The notes: generated from the letters alone by a model not told the origin. A DNA stretch of 64,000 nt from an uncultured delta proteobacterium (GCA_963775425.1 CAVZJB010000006.1:99898-163897), one strand, 5' to 3'; counted from the first letter of the stretch, positions 36,058 through 45,655 are shown. Program-made: numbers and translations.

Positions 36058-39000
36058 TCAGCGCACGAGGACGTTGCCGCGGGCGCCGGTGGGGCCGGTG
36101 TTGCCCGCGGAGCTGCCGCCGGTGCCGGCGTTGCCGAGGACGAAGGTGTTGCCCACCTGCGTGACCGAGGAGCCCCCGACGGACGCGATGCCCCCCGACG
36201 GGCCGCCCGCGCCGCCGCCGCCGTGGCCGCCGCGCCCGCCGTGGCCGCCGTTGCCGCCGCGGGCGCCGTTGCTGCCGTCGTCCTGCTCGCCGCTGCCGCC
36301 GTAGTCGTTGCCGGCGTTGTCGCTGCCGTTCAGGTGCCGGCCCCCGCCGCGCCCGCCTGCGCCGCCGTCCTGCCCGGTGCCGCCCTGGCCGCCGTTGCCG
36401 CCGCCGCCGGTGTTGAGCGTCGACGACGTCACCGTCACCGTCGACGCGAACGCGTAGATGGCGATGCTCGCGCCGCCCGAGCGCCCGCCGCCGCCGTGGA
36501 CGCCGCCGCAGCCGCCGGCACCGCCGCCGCCGCCGGCGCCGCCGTAGGAGTCACAGTCGGTCTCGCCGCCCCCGCCGCCGCCGCCGCCGCCTCCGCCTCC
36601 GCCCGCGCCGCCGTCGGTGCCGTTGTGTCCATCCGTGGGAGCGTAGCCGCCGGCGCCGAAGCCGGCCGCGCCCGGCAGGCCGTCGGTGCCCCCCGTTCCG
36701 CCGCCGCCGTCGTGGCCGCACACCTGTAACGACGTCCCCGTGCACGCGCCGGCGTACGAGGCGTTGGACTGGTGCGCCGTCACGCCCTTGCCGCCCGCGC
36801 CGCCGGCGGCGGAGCCCTGGGCGCCGGTGTTGCCGGACTTGCCGGCGCGGCCGCCGTCGCCGCCCGCGTGGCCCGTGCACTGCGGGTTGTCGACGCCGGC
36901 GCCGCCGACGGGCTGGGAGCACGTGTTGCACAAGAACGTGGAGTCCTCGCACCCCTGTTGGCCCTTCTTGCCGTCGGGGCCGGGGGCCGCCGGCGTGCCG
37001 CCGCCGCCCGCGCCGCTCGCGCCGTTGCCGCCGCGGCCGGCGGTGATGGTGGACGAGCGCACCTCGATGGTCGACGACGTGGCGAACAAGCCGTAGGCGC
37101 TGCCGTCGCCGGGAGCGCTCTGTCCGACGAGCTCCACGCGATCGAGGACCACGCCGCCGATGTTGTCGGCGCGCGCGGCCATGGCGCTGTTGACCTGGAT
37201 GACGGCGACGTCACCGTCGTCGCGCTGCCAGTCCGCGCTCGAGTAGCCGCCGAACAGCGACACGCCGTCGGCGAGCGAGAGCGTGCTCGACAGCGTGTAG
37301 CTGCCGCCCGCGACGTACACGTCGAGGCCGCCGAGCGCCGCACGCGCCACCGCGGTGTCGATGTTGCGCAGCGGCGCGTCCGGGGTGCCGGCGTTGCCGT
37401 CGTTGCCGTTGGTGGCGACGAAGACGGCGCCGCCGATGGAGCCGTCGATGCCGTCGCAGTCCTGGTCGGTGAAGGGGGCCGAGGCCTCGGGCAGGTCGGG
37501 CCCGGGGACGACGGTGCACGCGTACTCGCAGCCGTCGGTGCCCGCGGTGCCGAGGTCGCCGTCGAGGTCGACGAAGCCGCCGGCGCAGCTATAGGTGCAC
37601 TGCGCGCCGTTTTGCACGACGGTGGTGCCAAAGATGGGGTCGCAGACGTGGCCGGCGCCGACGAGCGAGACCGCCGCCTGCGGCGTGGCGCCGTCGTTGG
37701 AGGCGATGGAGAGCGTGGCCGCCGCCGGCCCGGGGGCGCCGGCGCTGAACGTGACGTCGACGAACAACGACGGGCCGCCGAGCGCCACCGCCGCCGGCAG
37801 CGGCGTGCGCGGCACCGCCGTGAACGACCCGGGCGGGTTGATGGTGAGCCCGGTGACGACGAGGGAGCCGAAGCCGTTGTTGCGGATCTCGAGCGGCAGC
37901 GTCTTTTGCGTGCCGACGTCGATGGTGCCGAAGTCGAGCGCGCTCGCGGGCAGGGCGATCACGGGCTGGATGCCCTGACCGGTGAGATCGACGTCGACGG
38001 AGGGCACGTCGGGGTCGTCGGTGTCGACGCGCAGGGTGGCGGCGTCGACGGCGCCGGTGGGGGCGGGCGGCGCGGTGTAGGTGACGTTCACCGAGAGGTT
38101 GGGGGTGTCGTCGCCCGGGTTTTGGAGCGGGGCGACCTCGGCGGGGAGCGCCGGCAGCGCGAGGGAGAAGCGCGCCGCCGCCGGCCCGGTGACGGAGAGG
38201 CCGGTGACGTGCAGGCGCCCGGGGCCGCCGTTTTTCACGACGAGCGGCAGCGCGCGCCCCGTGCCGACGAACACGTCGCCGAACGCGAGTGTGTCGCCCA
38301 CCTGCACGCTCGGCGCGAGCCGCGCCGTGGCCGACAGCGCCGCGGAGGCGACGTCGCCGGCGTCGGAGGCGACGCGCAGGGTGTCGGCGAAGACGTCCTC
38401 GGTCTGCGGCGTGACGGCGACGGTGACCGTAGCCTGGCCCTGGGGCACGAGGACGAGCGGCAGGGCCGGCGCGCTCTGCACGGTCCACGCGGCGGCGCTG
38501 GCGAGCGACACCGACGCCACCGTGACATCGGCGTCGCCCACGTTCTGGACGACGATGTCGCGTGACGACGTGCGGCCGACGAACGCGTTGTCGAAGGCGA
38601 CGCTGCCGGGGGTGAGCAGGAGCGCGCCGCTGGTCCCCGTGCCGTGGAGGACGACGTCGTGCTGCACGAGGGCGCCGTCGTCGGCCAAGGTGCCGAGCGT
38701 GAACGTGGCGGTCTGCGCGCCGCCCGCGGCGGGGGTGAAGGTGGCGTGGACGACGAAGCTGTCGAGGGGGGCGCCGTCGGCGCCGGTGCAGATGCCGCCG
38801 GTGCAGGCGTCGGCGCCGGCGGGGCAGTCGCCGACGCCGCCGGGACAAAAGCCGGTGAACGACGCGAGGAGCGCCGCGTTCGACGACAGGTCGGGGACCG
38901 TGAGCGAGAACGGGCCCGTCGCCGGCGTGAGCGTGGCGGAGGCGACGGTGAGGAGGGAGTCGGAGGCGCCGCGGTTGCGCACGAGGACGTCCACGGACTG

Positions 39001-39693
39001 CGACGCGCCCACGGGCACCTGGCCGAGGTCGACGTCGGTGACGTCGGGGACGAGGGCGGCGGGATCGGTGGTGATGCTCGGGACGGGGATGCCCTTGAAC
39101 TCGGCTCGCAAGGTGACGGACAGGAGGCCGCCCTCGCCGCTGTGGAGCACCTTGAGCTCGGAGACGTCCGGGACGCCGTCGTTGGGGACGTGGGTGAGGA
39201 GCAGGCCGAGCTCGTCCCCGGGCGCGAGGTCCTGTTGCAGGAAGCCGGAGGGCTCGACGCTGAAGGTGCCGGCGTCGTTGTCGTCGATGACGATCTGCAA
39301 GACCGTGAGCGGCGCGTCGCCCGTGTTCTTGAGCGTGATGTTGCGCTCGACGGGAACGCCGAGGCGCTCGGCGCCGAACTCCACGTCGCCGGGCGGCAGC
39401 GCCTCGAGGACGCCGGCCGGCTCTCCTTCGCCCTCGCCCTCGCCTTCCCCTTCGCCTTCCCCTTCGCCGACGATGACGTCGTCGGGGGGCGCGCAGACGC
39501 CGGCGTTGCACAGCTCGCCGGCGCCGCAGTCGATGTCGAGGACGCACTCCGCCTTGGGCGGCGCCTGGGGAGGCTCGGTACAGCCGTCGCACGAGCCCGC
39601 GAGCGCCGCCGCGAGGAGCGCCGCGAGGAGCGCGAGCTGTTCCGACGTGCGCGTCGCGGAGACGGGCACGGAGCGGGCTCTGGTGGGTGCCAT
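36058..39693 (-). CDS. large exported protein: Cys-rich N-terminus, (GE)8 linker, ~5 Ig-like choice-of-anchor-D-type modules, DUF1565-like beta-helix, ~330-aa Gly-rich (PGRS-like) C-terminal region
   Basis: 1,211 aa. The signal-like N-terminus is LALLAALLAAALAGSC, followed by GEGEGEGEGEGEGEGE. The repeated modules are of the type FG...VG......L.N.G...L.V (for example LDFGTIDVGTQKTLPLEIRNNGFGSLVVTGLTI). The beta-helix part reads AVFVATNGNDGNAGTPDAPLRNIDTAV...VYVAGGSYTL. The C-terminus is GGxGG-rich, with a run of 13 Gly. Confidence 0.8.
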   Translation of the reverse strand: MAPTRARSVPVSATRTSEQLALLAALLAAALAGSCDGCTEPPQAPPKAECVLDIDCGAGELCNAGVCAPPDDVIVGEGEGEGEGEGEGEGEPAGVLEALPPGDVEFGAERLGVPVERNITLKNTGDAPLTVLQIVIDDNDAGTFSVEPSGFLQQDLAPGDELGLLLTHVPNDGVPDVSELKVLHSGEGGLLSVTLRAEFKGIPVPSITTDPAALVPDVTDVDLGQVPVGASQSVDVLVRNRGASDSLLTVASATLTPATGPFSLTVPDLSSNAALLASFTGFCPGGVGDCPAGADACTGGICTGADGAPLDSFVVHATFTPAAGGAQTATFTLGTLADDGALVQHDVVLHGTGTSGALLLTPGSVAFDNAFVGRTSSRDIVVQNVGDADVTVASVSLASAAAWTVQSAPALPLVLVPQGQATVTVAVTPQTEDVFADTLRVASDAGDVASAALSATARLAPSVQVGDTLAFGDVFVGTGRALPLVVKNGGPGRLHVTGLSVTGPAAARFSLALPALPAEVAPLQNPGDDTPNLSVNVTYTAPPAPTGAVDAATLRVDTDDPDVPSVDVDLTGQGIQPVIALPASALDFGTIDVGTQKTLPLEIRNNGFGSLVVTGLTINPPGSFTAVPRTPLPAAVALGGPSLFVDVTFSAGAPGPAAATLSIASNDGATPQAAVSLVGAGHVCDPIFGTTVVQNGAQCTYSCAGGFVDLDGDLGTAGTDGCEYACTVVPGPDLPEASAPFTDQDCDGIDGSIGGAVFVATNGNDGNAGTPDAPLRNIDTAVARAALGGLDVYVAGGSYTLSSTLSLADGVSLFGGYSSADWQRDDGDVAVIQVNSAMAARADNIGGVVLDRVELVGQSAPGDGSAYGLFATSSTIEVRSSTITAGRGGNGASGAGGGGTPAAPGPDGKKGQQGCEDSTFLCNTCSQPVGGAGVDNPQCTGHAGGDGGRAGKSGNTGAQGSAAGGAGGKGVTAHQSNASYAGACTGTSLQVCGHDGGGGTGGTDGLPGAAGFGAGGYAPTDGHNGTDGGAGGGGGGGGGGGGGETDCDSYGGAGGGGGAGGCGGVHGGGGRSGGASIAIYAFASTVTVTSSTLNTGGGGNGGQGGTGQDGGAGGRGGGRHLNGSDNAGNDYGGSGEQDDGSNGARGGNGGHGGRGGHGGGGAGGPSGGIASVGGSSVTQVGNTFVLGNAGTGGSSAGNTGPTGARGNVLVR

Positions 39694-39746
39694 GGGACCT
39701 CCGCCCCTGCAAGGCTAGCAGCCGCGTCGACGACGTCGACCCGGGA

Positions 39747-40556
39747 TCAGCGAAAGGAGGGCGCGGCGGCGCGGGCGATGACGTCATGCAGCGCGTCGAG
39801 GCCGTCCCCGAGGGCGGCGGGTCCCGGCTGCAGGATGAGCTCGCTTTCGATCTCGTGCACGGGGAGCGCCTCGAAGCCGGGGCGCGCGCGGATGGCGGCG
39901 GCGTCGACGCGCTTGCCGCACCAGCTCGCGATGACGACGTCGGGGCGGCGCGCGACGACGTCGGCGACGGTGACGATGCGCCCGGACGCCGCCTGCGACA
40001 GGCGGGTGTGCGCGCACACATCGACGCCGCCGGCGACCTCGACGAGCTCGCTGACCCAGCGGATGCCGCTGATGAGCGGGTCGGGCCACTCCTCGAAGAA
40101 CACCCGGGGCCGCCGCGGGAGCGCGGCGCTGCGCGCGGCGACCTCACGCACGTGCTGCGCCAGCTCGGCGGCGAGCGCCTCGGCCGCCGCGGCCTTGCCG
40201 ACGAGCGCGCCGGTCATGCGCACGCACTGCAGGATCTCGGCGACGCTGCGCTGGTTCTGGACCCAGACCGGGACGCCGCGCTTGACGAGCTCGCGGGCGA
40301 TGTCGGCCTGCAGGTCGGAGAAGCCGATGACGAGGTCGGGCGAGAGGGCGAGGAGCTTGTCGAAGTTGGCGTCCAGGAAGGAGCTCACCCGCGGCAACGT
40401 CGTCGCCTCGCGTGGCCGCTTCACGAACGCCGACACACCGACGACGACGTCGCCGGCCCCGATGCGAAAGAGCGTCTCGACGGACTCCTCCGTCAAGCAC
40501 ACCACCCGCCTCGGAAGCGGCGGCGCGGCCGCGAGCAGCGCGTCGACGTCGTCCAT
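39747..40556 (-). CDS. periplasmic-binding-protein type 8 (BtuF/helical-backbone metal receptor-like) protein without a signal peptide
   Basis: 269 aa (RVVCLTEESVETLFRIGAGDVVVGVSAF...PDLVIGFSDLQ...FFEEWPDPLISGIRWVSELVEVAGG...PDVVIASWCG). There is no N-terminal hydrophobic leader. Confidence 0.7.
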   Translation of the reverse strand: MDDVDALLAAAPPLPRRVVCLTEESVETLFRIGAGDVVVGVSAFVKRPREATTLPRVSSFLDANFDKLLALSPDLVIGFSDLQADIARELVKRGVPVWVQNQRSVAEILQCVRMTGALVGKAAAAEALAAELAQHVREVAARSAALPRRPRVFFEEWPDPLISGIRWVSELVEVAGGVDVCAHTRLSQAASGRIVTVADVVARRPDVVIASWCGKRVDAAAIRARPGFEALPVHEIESELILQPGPAALGDGLDALHDVIARAAAPSFR

Positions 40557-40600
40557 GCGCCGACGCTACAGCGCCCCGTCCGCACCCGAAACCGCGGCGG

Positions 40601-43600
40601 CTACGCCCGGCGCCGCGCGCGCCACACGTAGAAGGCGGGGACGGCGACGAGGTTCAGCGCGGTCGACGTCACCAGGCCGAAGCACACGATGAACGCCATC
40701 GGGGCCTCGAGCTCGCTGCCCGCCGCCGCCAGCGACGCCGCCAGCGGCAGGAGCCCGAAGAACGCGGCGCCCGCCGTCATCGCGATGGGCACCAGGCGCT
40801 CGCGGGCCGCCTGCAGCACGACAGCCTCCACCTCCGCGCTCGACGTCACCCGGCCCCGCGCGAGGAGCTGGTTTTTGTGCGCGACCAGCATGATGCCGTT
40901 GCGGCTGATGATCCCCGCCAGCGTCACGAAGCCCACCAGGCCCGCCATCGACAGGCCGTCCGGCAACAGGAGCGCGCCCACGACGCCGCCCGCCATCCCC
41001 AGCGGCAACCCGCCGAGGATCACGCCCGCGTCGACGACGGAGCCGAAGGCCATCCACAAAAAAGCGAACAGCGCGCACGTGACGAGCCCCGCGACCAGCG
41101 CCAGGCGCGCGCTCGCCGACCGCCGCTCCACCGCCTGCCCGGCGAGCTGCCACGCGGCGCCCTTCGGCAGCGCGGCGGCGGCCATCACCCGCTCGATGCG
41201 CGCGGCCGCCCCCGACAGCTCCCCCGGCGCCGCGCGCGCGGTGATGGTCACCACGCGCCTGCCGCCCTCGTGGTCGATGCGCGCGGGCTCGGCGCCGTCC
41301 TCGAGGGTCGCCAGCGACGACAGCGGGAGCGCGCTCGCCCCACCGCCGCGGTGGGAGAAGACCGGCAGGTCCGCGAGGCGCTGGCGGCCGCGCCAGCCGT
41401 CGCCGCCGGCGATGACGACGGGGACGCGGAAGCCGCCGGGGGCGTTGGCGTCGGCGACCTCGAGCCCGCGGCGCCAGGCCGCCACCGCGTCGACGACGTC
41501 GCCGCGGCGGACGCCGGCGACGGCGAGCCGCGCGTCGTCGAGGGCGACGTCGGTGGTGGGCACGTCGACGAGCGACGCCGCGCGGGCCGAGCGCACCCCG
41601 TCGACCGCGGCGAGCCGCGGGAGCAGCGTGCGGGCCGCGCCCCGCAGCGCGTCGAGGTCGTCGCCGAACAGCTTCACCGCGATGGGGGCGCGCTCTCCGG
41701 AGAGCAGCTCGTCGATGCGCTCGCCGAGGAACCCCTCGACGCCGAAGCGCACGCCCGGCACCTCGGCGATGCGATCGCCGACGGCGGCCGCGACCTCGTC
41801 GGGGTCGCCGGCGTCTGCGGGCAGGACGAGATCCATCTCCATGCGGTTCACCGGCGCGGCGTCCTCGTCGAGGGAGGCGCGTCCGGCGTGCACGGCCACG
41901 TGCGGCAACCCCGGCGCGCGGCGCAGCGCGGCGTCGACGCGGGCGCCGAGCGCGGTGGTCTCCTCGAGCGACGTGCCCGGCCACGCCGTGACCTCGGCGA
42001 TGAGGACGCCCTCTCGAAATTCGGGCAGGAAGCCGCCGCCGACGAACGGGAGCACGGCGAGCGCGGCCGCGGCGACGACGGCAGCGACCACGACGACGGC
42101 GCCGGGGCGGCGCGCGACGCCGGCGAGCACGCGGTCGTAGCCACGGCGCAGCGCGCGCGCGAGGCGGGTGTCGCCGGCGTCGTGTCCGTCGTGTTCGTCG
42201 TGTTCGTCGTGTCCGTCGTGTCCGGAGGCGATCGCCGGCAGCAAGAGCGCGCTCATCGCCGGCGTCACCGTGAGCGCCACGACGAGCGACGCGGCCACGG
42301 CGAGCGCGTACGTCACCGCGAGCGGAGAGAAGATGCGGCCGGCGAGGCCGCCGAGGAGGATCACCGGGAGGAGCACGACGACGACGATCAACGAGGCGTA
42401 GACCACGGCGCTGCGGACCTCGGCGGACGCGTCGCGCACGACGTCGAGGGCGGCGCGCGGGACGGCGCTCGCGGCGTTTTCGCGCAGGCGCCGCCAGATG
42501 TTCTCGACGTCGACGATGGCGTCGTCGACGACCTCGCCGACGGCGATGGCGAGGCCGCCGAGGATCATCCCGTTGAGCGTGACGCCGCGAAACAGCAGCA
42601 CCGCCGCCGCCGCGAGCACGGACAGCGGGAGCGCCGTGAGGCTCACGGCGGCGAGCCGCGGTGAGCGCAGGAACGAGACGAGCACCACGACGACGAGCAG
42701 CGCGCCGAGGCCCATCGCGCGGGCGAGCGCGACAAGCGACGTGCGGATGAAGTCCGCCTGGCGAAACGTGGGCGCCTGCCGCACGGCGCCCTGAGGCAGC
42801 TCGGCGTCGAGCGCGACCAGCGCGCGCTCCACGGTGGCGGTGAGGCGCGGGGTGTCCGCCCAGGGCAGCTTCTCGATCTGGAGGTACACCGCGGGGTGTC
42901 CGTCGTACAGCGCGCTGCCCACCGGCGGCGCTTCGCCCGCGACGACGTCGGCGACGTCGCCGACGCGCACGGGCAGGCCGTCTGTTTGGCGGATGACGGT
43001 GGCGGCGACGGCGTCGAGGTCGCCGACCTCGAAGAGCGCCTGGGCGCGCACCGGTTGCTGTTGCGCGCCGACGACGACGTGGCCGAGGGGCGCCAGGCTC
43101 TGCGCGCCCGCGAGCGCGTCGCGCAGGTCGGACAGCGTGACGCCGCGCGCGAGCATCACCTCGGGGCGCGGCCGCACCTCGACGCGCGGCGCGCCGCCGC
43201 CGTGGACGGTGACGCGCGCGACGCCTTCGATGGCCTGCAGGCGCGGCGCCGCCTTCCACCGCGCGAAGCGGCGCAGGGCGCGGAGCGCCTCGGGATCGTC
43301 GCCGGGGACGGTGTAGCAGAGCTTGAGGAGCGCCCCGACGGGCGCGGTGATGGGTGCCATCTGCGGCGCCGGCAGCGACGGCGGGAGCCGCTCGCGCGCG
43401 GCGGCGACGCGCTCCGCGACGAGCTGGCGCGCGCGAAACACGTCGACGTCGTCCTCGAAGGTGAGCTGGAGGACGGCCAGCCCCGGCGACGACGTGGAGT
43501 GAAGGCGCGCGACGTCGGGGATGCCGAGGAGCGCCTGCTCGAGCGGCGTGGTCACGAGGCGCTCGACGGCGGAGGCGTCGAGCCCTTGTGCCTCCGCCTG

Positions 43601-43756
43601 CACGGTGACGAGCGGCGGCGTGAAGTCCGGCAGCGCGTCGAGCCGCGCGTTGCCCGCGGCGAGCACACCGCCGACGACGAGCGCGGCCGCGGCGAAGAGC
43701 ACGAGGACGCGGTGCCGGATGGAGCCGCGGATGACGGCGTCGAACAGCGCGTTCAC
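40601..43756 (-). CDS. heavy-metal-efflux RND transporter (CusA/CzcA family) with a His/Asp-rich insertion
   Basis: 1,051 aa. The TM4 block AIAVGEVVDDAIVDVEN resembles the CusA-type motif. The insertion ASGHDGHDEHDEHDGHDAGD follows the sixth TM region (DNA 42177-42226, 9-bp periodic). Confidence 0.92.
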   Translation of the reverse strand: MNALFDAVIRGSIRHRVLVLFAAAALVVGGVLAAGNARLDALPDFTPPLVTVQAEAQGLDASAVERLVTTPLEQALLGIPDVARLHSTSSPGLAVLQLTFEDDVDVFRARQLVAERVAAARERLPPSLPAPQMAPITAPVGALLKLCYTVPGDDPEALRALRRFARWKAAPRLQAIEGVARVTVHGGGAPRVEVRPRPEVMLARGVTLSDLRDALAGAQSLAPLGHVVVGAQQQPVRAQALFEVGDLDAVAATVIRQTDGLPVRVGDVADVVAGEAPPVGSALYDGHPAVYLQIEKLPWADTPRLTATVERALVALDAELPQGAVRQAPTFRQADFIRTSLVALARAMGLGALLVVVVLVSFLRSPRLAAVSLTALPLSVLAAAAVLLFRGVTLNGMILGGLAIAVGEVVDDAIVDVENIWRRLRENAASAVPRAALDVVRDASAEVRSAVVYASLIVVVVLLPVILLGGLAGRIFSPLAVTYALAVAASLVVALTVTPAMSALLLPAIASGHDGHDEHDEHDGHDAGDTRLARALRRGYDRVLAGVARRPGAVVVVAAVVAAAALAVLPFVGGGFLPEFREGVLIAEVTAWPGTSLEETTALGARVDAALRRAPGLPHVAVHAGRASLDEDAAPVNRMEMDLVLPADAGDPDEVAAAVGDRIAEVPGVRFGVEGFLGERIDELLSGERAPIAVKLFGDDLDALRGAARTLLPRLAAVDGVRSARAASLVDVPTTDVALDDARLAVAGVRRGDVVDAVAAWRRGLEVADANAPGGFRVPVVIAGGDGWRGRQRLADLPVFSHRGGGASALPLSSLATLEDGAEPARIDHEGGRRVVTITARAAPGELSGAAARIERVMAAAALPKGAAWQLAGQAVERRSASARLALVAGLVTCALFAFLWMAFGSVVDAGVILGGLPLGMAGGVVGALLLPDGLSMAGLVGFVTLAGIISRNGIMLVAHKNQLLARGRVTSSAEVEAVVLQAARERLVPIAMTAGAAFFGLLPLAASLAAAGSELEAPMAFIVCFGLVTSTALNLVAVPAFYVWRARRRA

Positions 43757-43778
43757 TCCGGCGCCTCGGCGTCGGGTG

Positions 43779-44978
43779 TCACGGAGGAGCCCCCGGCCGC
43801 GCGCCGCCGGCCGCGCCGAGCTCCCCGAGGAGAGCGGCGGCGCCGCGCGCGACGACGGCGTCGCCGCTCGACAGGCCGCTGTAGATGACCGCGCGCAGCT
43901 CGTCGCTCGCGGCGACGTGCACCTTGCGCGGGGCGAAGCGGCCGGCGGCGACCTCGACGAACACGAGCCGCTCGCGCGCGCGCCGGACCACGGCGCGCGC
44001 CGGGACGACGACGCCCGCGACGTCGCGGCGCACCTCGACGGCGACGGTGGCGCCGGGCAGGAGCGCGCCGGCCGCGTCGGGGGGCACCTCGAGGCGGTCG
44101 CGGCGCGTGCCGTCGGCCTGCACGACCAGGCCGCGGCTCAGCAGCGTCGCATCGATGGTGGCGTCGATGCCGCGGACCGCGTACGCGTCGCCGGCGGCGT
44201 CGCCGGGGGGGACGGCCAGGTCGATCCAGCGGGGCCCCGGCTTGACGATGCGCGCGACGACGGCGCCCTGCTCGACGAGCGCGCCGGCGCCGCTTTGCAG
44301 CTCGGCGACGACGCCGCCGGCGGGGGCGCGCAGCTCGACGCGGCCGCCGGTGGTGCGCGCGAGGTCGGCGCCCGCGCGCTGCAGGCTGTCCGCGCGCGCC
44401 TGCTCCCCGGTGAGCTTGGCCTCGGCCTGCGCCCGCTCCGCGTCGGTGGCGAGGCCGGCCTTGACGAGCGCGGTGACGCGCTCGAGGTCGCGCTTGTTGG
44501 CGTCGACCTCGGCGCGCGCGGCGTCGATGCGGCCGGCGAGCTCGTGCTGCTGCGCCTCGAGGCTCGCGCGCGACGCGGCGTCGACGAGGGGCTCGAGCGA
44601 GGCGAGCAGGGCCCGCGCCTCGACGTGCTCCCCGAGGCGCGCGGAGGTGGCGGCCAGGCGCCCCGTGACGGGCGCGACGACGAGCGCGTCCTCCTGAGGG
44701 CGGCCGACGACCTTGCCGAAGCGGAGCGCGCTCGTGGTGAGCGTGCCCTGCGCCGCCGGCGTGGTGAGCAGGCCGAGCGCGGCCCGCTCCTTGTCAGTGA
44801 GGACCACCGCGCCGCCGGCGTCCACGCGCGAGATGGGGGCGCGCGCCTCTTCGTCGTCATCGTCCTCGTGCGCGCCGCAGCCGGCGCCCGCGACGAGCGC
44901 ACACGCGGCAACGAGCGCCCCCGTGACGGCGGCGGCGGCGGCCGCGCGCAGGGTCACGAAGAGAGCTTCAGGATCCAC
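43779..44978 (-). CDS. RND periplasmic adaptor (membrane fusion protein), lipoprotein-like
   Basis: GTG 44978 is preceded by GGAGG. The N-terminus is ALVAACALVAGAGC, followed by an acidic stretch HEDDDDEE. It then has a coiled-coil hairpin and beta-barrel segments typical of CusB/CzcB-type adaptors. Confidence 0.85.
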   Translation of the reverse strand: MDPEALFVTLRAAAAAAVTGALVAACALVAGAGCGAHEDDDDEEARAPISRVDAGGAVVLTDKERAALGLLTTPAAQGTLTTSALRFGKVVGRPQEDALVVAPVTGRLAATSARLGEHVEARALLASLEPLVDAASRASLEAQQHELAGRIDAARAEVDANKRDLERVTALVKAGLATDAERAQAEAKLTGEQARADSLQRAGADLARTTGGRVELRAPAGGVVAELQSGAGALVEQGAVVARIVKPGPRWIDLAVPPGDAAGDAYAVRGIDATIDATLLSRGLVVQADGTRRDRLEVPPDAAGALLPGATVAVEVRRDVAGVVVPARAVVRRARERLVFVEVAAGRFAPRKVHVAASDELRAVIYSGLSSGDAVVARGAAALLGELGAAGGARPGAPP

Positions 44979-45005
44979 GGCGCCTCCACCGGGAGCGTAG
45001 CTCGA

Positions 45006-45655
45006 TCAGCGGAACAGTTGCATGACCTCGAGGACGTAGACGGTGCCCGCGGCGGTATCGTCGTCGACGGACAAGCGCACGTCGGTGCCGCCGTCGATGG
45101 CGTCGACCTCCGTCTGCAGGAAGCCGCGGCTGGCCGAGGCGAGCAGCGTGCCGTCGTAGCTGCCGTCGCGCAGCTCGAGCGTGGCGGTGCGCCCCTCGAA
45201 CACGAGCTCGAGCGCGTAGACACCGCCCGCGGCGAGCTCGGCCTCGTCGAAGTCGGCGGCGGCGTCGCGCACGCCCTCGCGGTTGATGAAGAGCCCGGCG
45301 GTGGCCGAGGCGTCGTCGAGGTCGAGCTCGAAGCCGAGCCCGGGTGCCCCGCCGGCCTCGAACAGCGCGATGCGCGTGGGCGCGGCGGCGTCGACGAGCC
45401 GGAAGCGCATGCGCAGCGTCGTTCGCCGGCTCACGTCAAACGTGACGTCGGTGGGCACCGTGAGGGTGGGCGCCGGCGACGTTGGTCGTAATGGACTCGC
45501 GTCGAGGCGCCCGCTCACCACCATCTGCGCGGCCGACGTGCGGATCTCGAAGGCGCGCGCACCGTCGAGGGCGCCGAGGCCGGCGCGAACGCCGGCGGCG
45601 CCGCCAGCGCCACGACGACGCAGACGAGTTGGAGGGCAGGGGCGAACGGCGACAT
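45006..45655 (-). CDS. hypothetical secreted beta-rich protein, first gene of the RND operon; leader and body are in different frames
   Basis: The body is ...AFEIRTSAAQMVVSGRLD...TFDVSRRTTLRMRFRLVDAAAPTRIALFEAGGAPGLGFELDLDD...VYALELVFEGRTATLELRDGSYDG...VYVLEVMQLFR. ATG 45655 encodes the signal peptide MSPFAPALQLVCVVVALAAPPAFA in another frame. An alternative in-frame ATG at 45524 would give a leaderless protein. Confidence 0.45.

Noticed and set aside
36223-36952. Ala-rich and Arg-rich ORFs (36223..36729 +, 36435..36632 -, 36551..36952 -) over the poly-Gly region
   Set aside because: They are alternative-frame translations of GGC/GCC-rich DNA that encodes the Gly-rich C-terminus of the 1,211-aa protein.
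39708-39723. A sigma54-like GGCTGC...TTGCA element upstream of the 1,211-aa gene
   Set aside because: The GG to GC spacing is N11 rather than N10. The -12 element lies only ~15 nt from the ATG, which would remove the GGAGG ribosome-binding site from the transcript.
37589-43259. Long ORFs 37589..40147 (-), 38644..40692 (+), 40412..42664 (+) and 40566..43259 (-)
   Set aside because: All are Arg/Pro/Gly/Ala-rich alternatives to the 1,211-aa protein, the PBP-like gene and the RND pump, each of which has family motifs in other frames.
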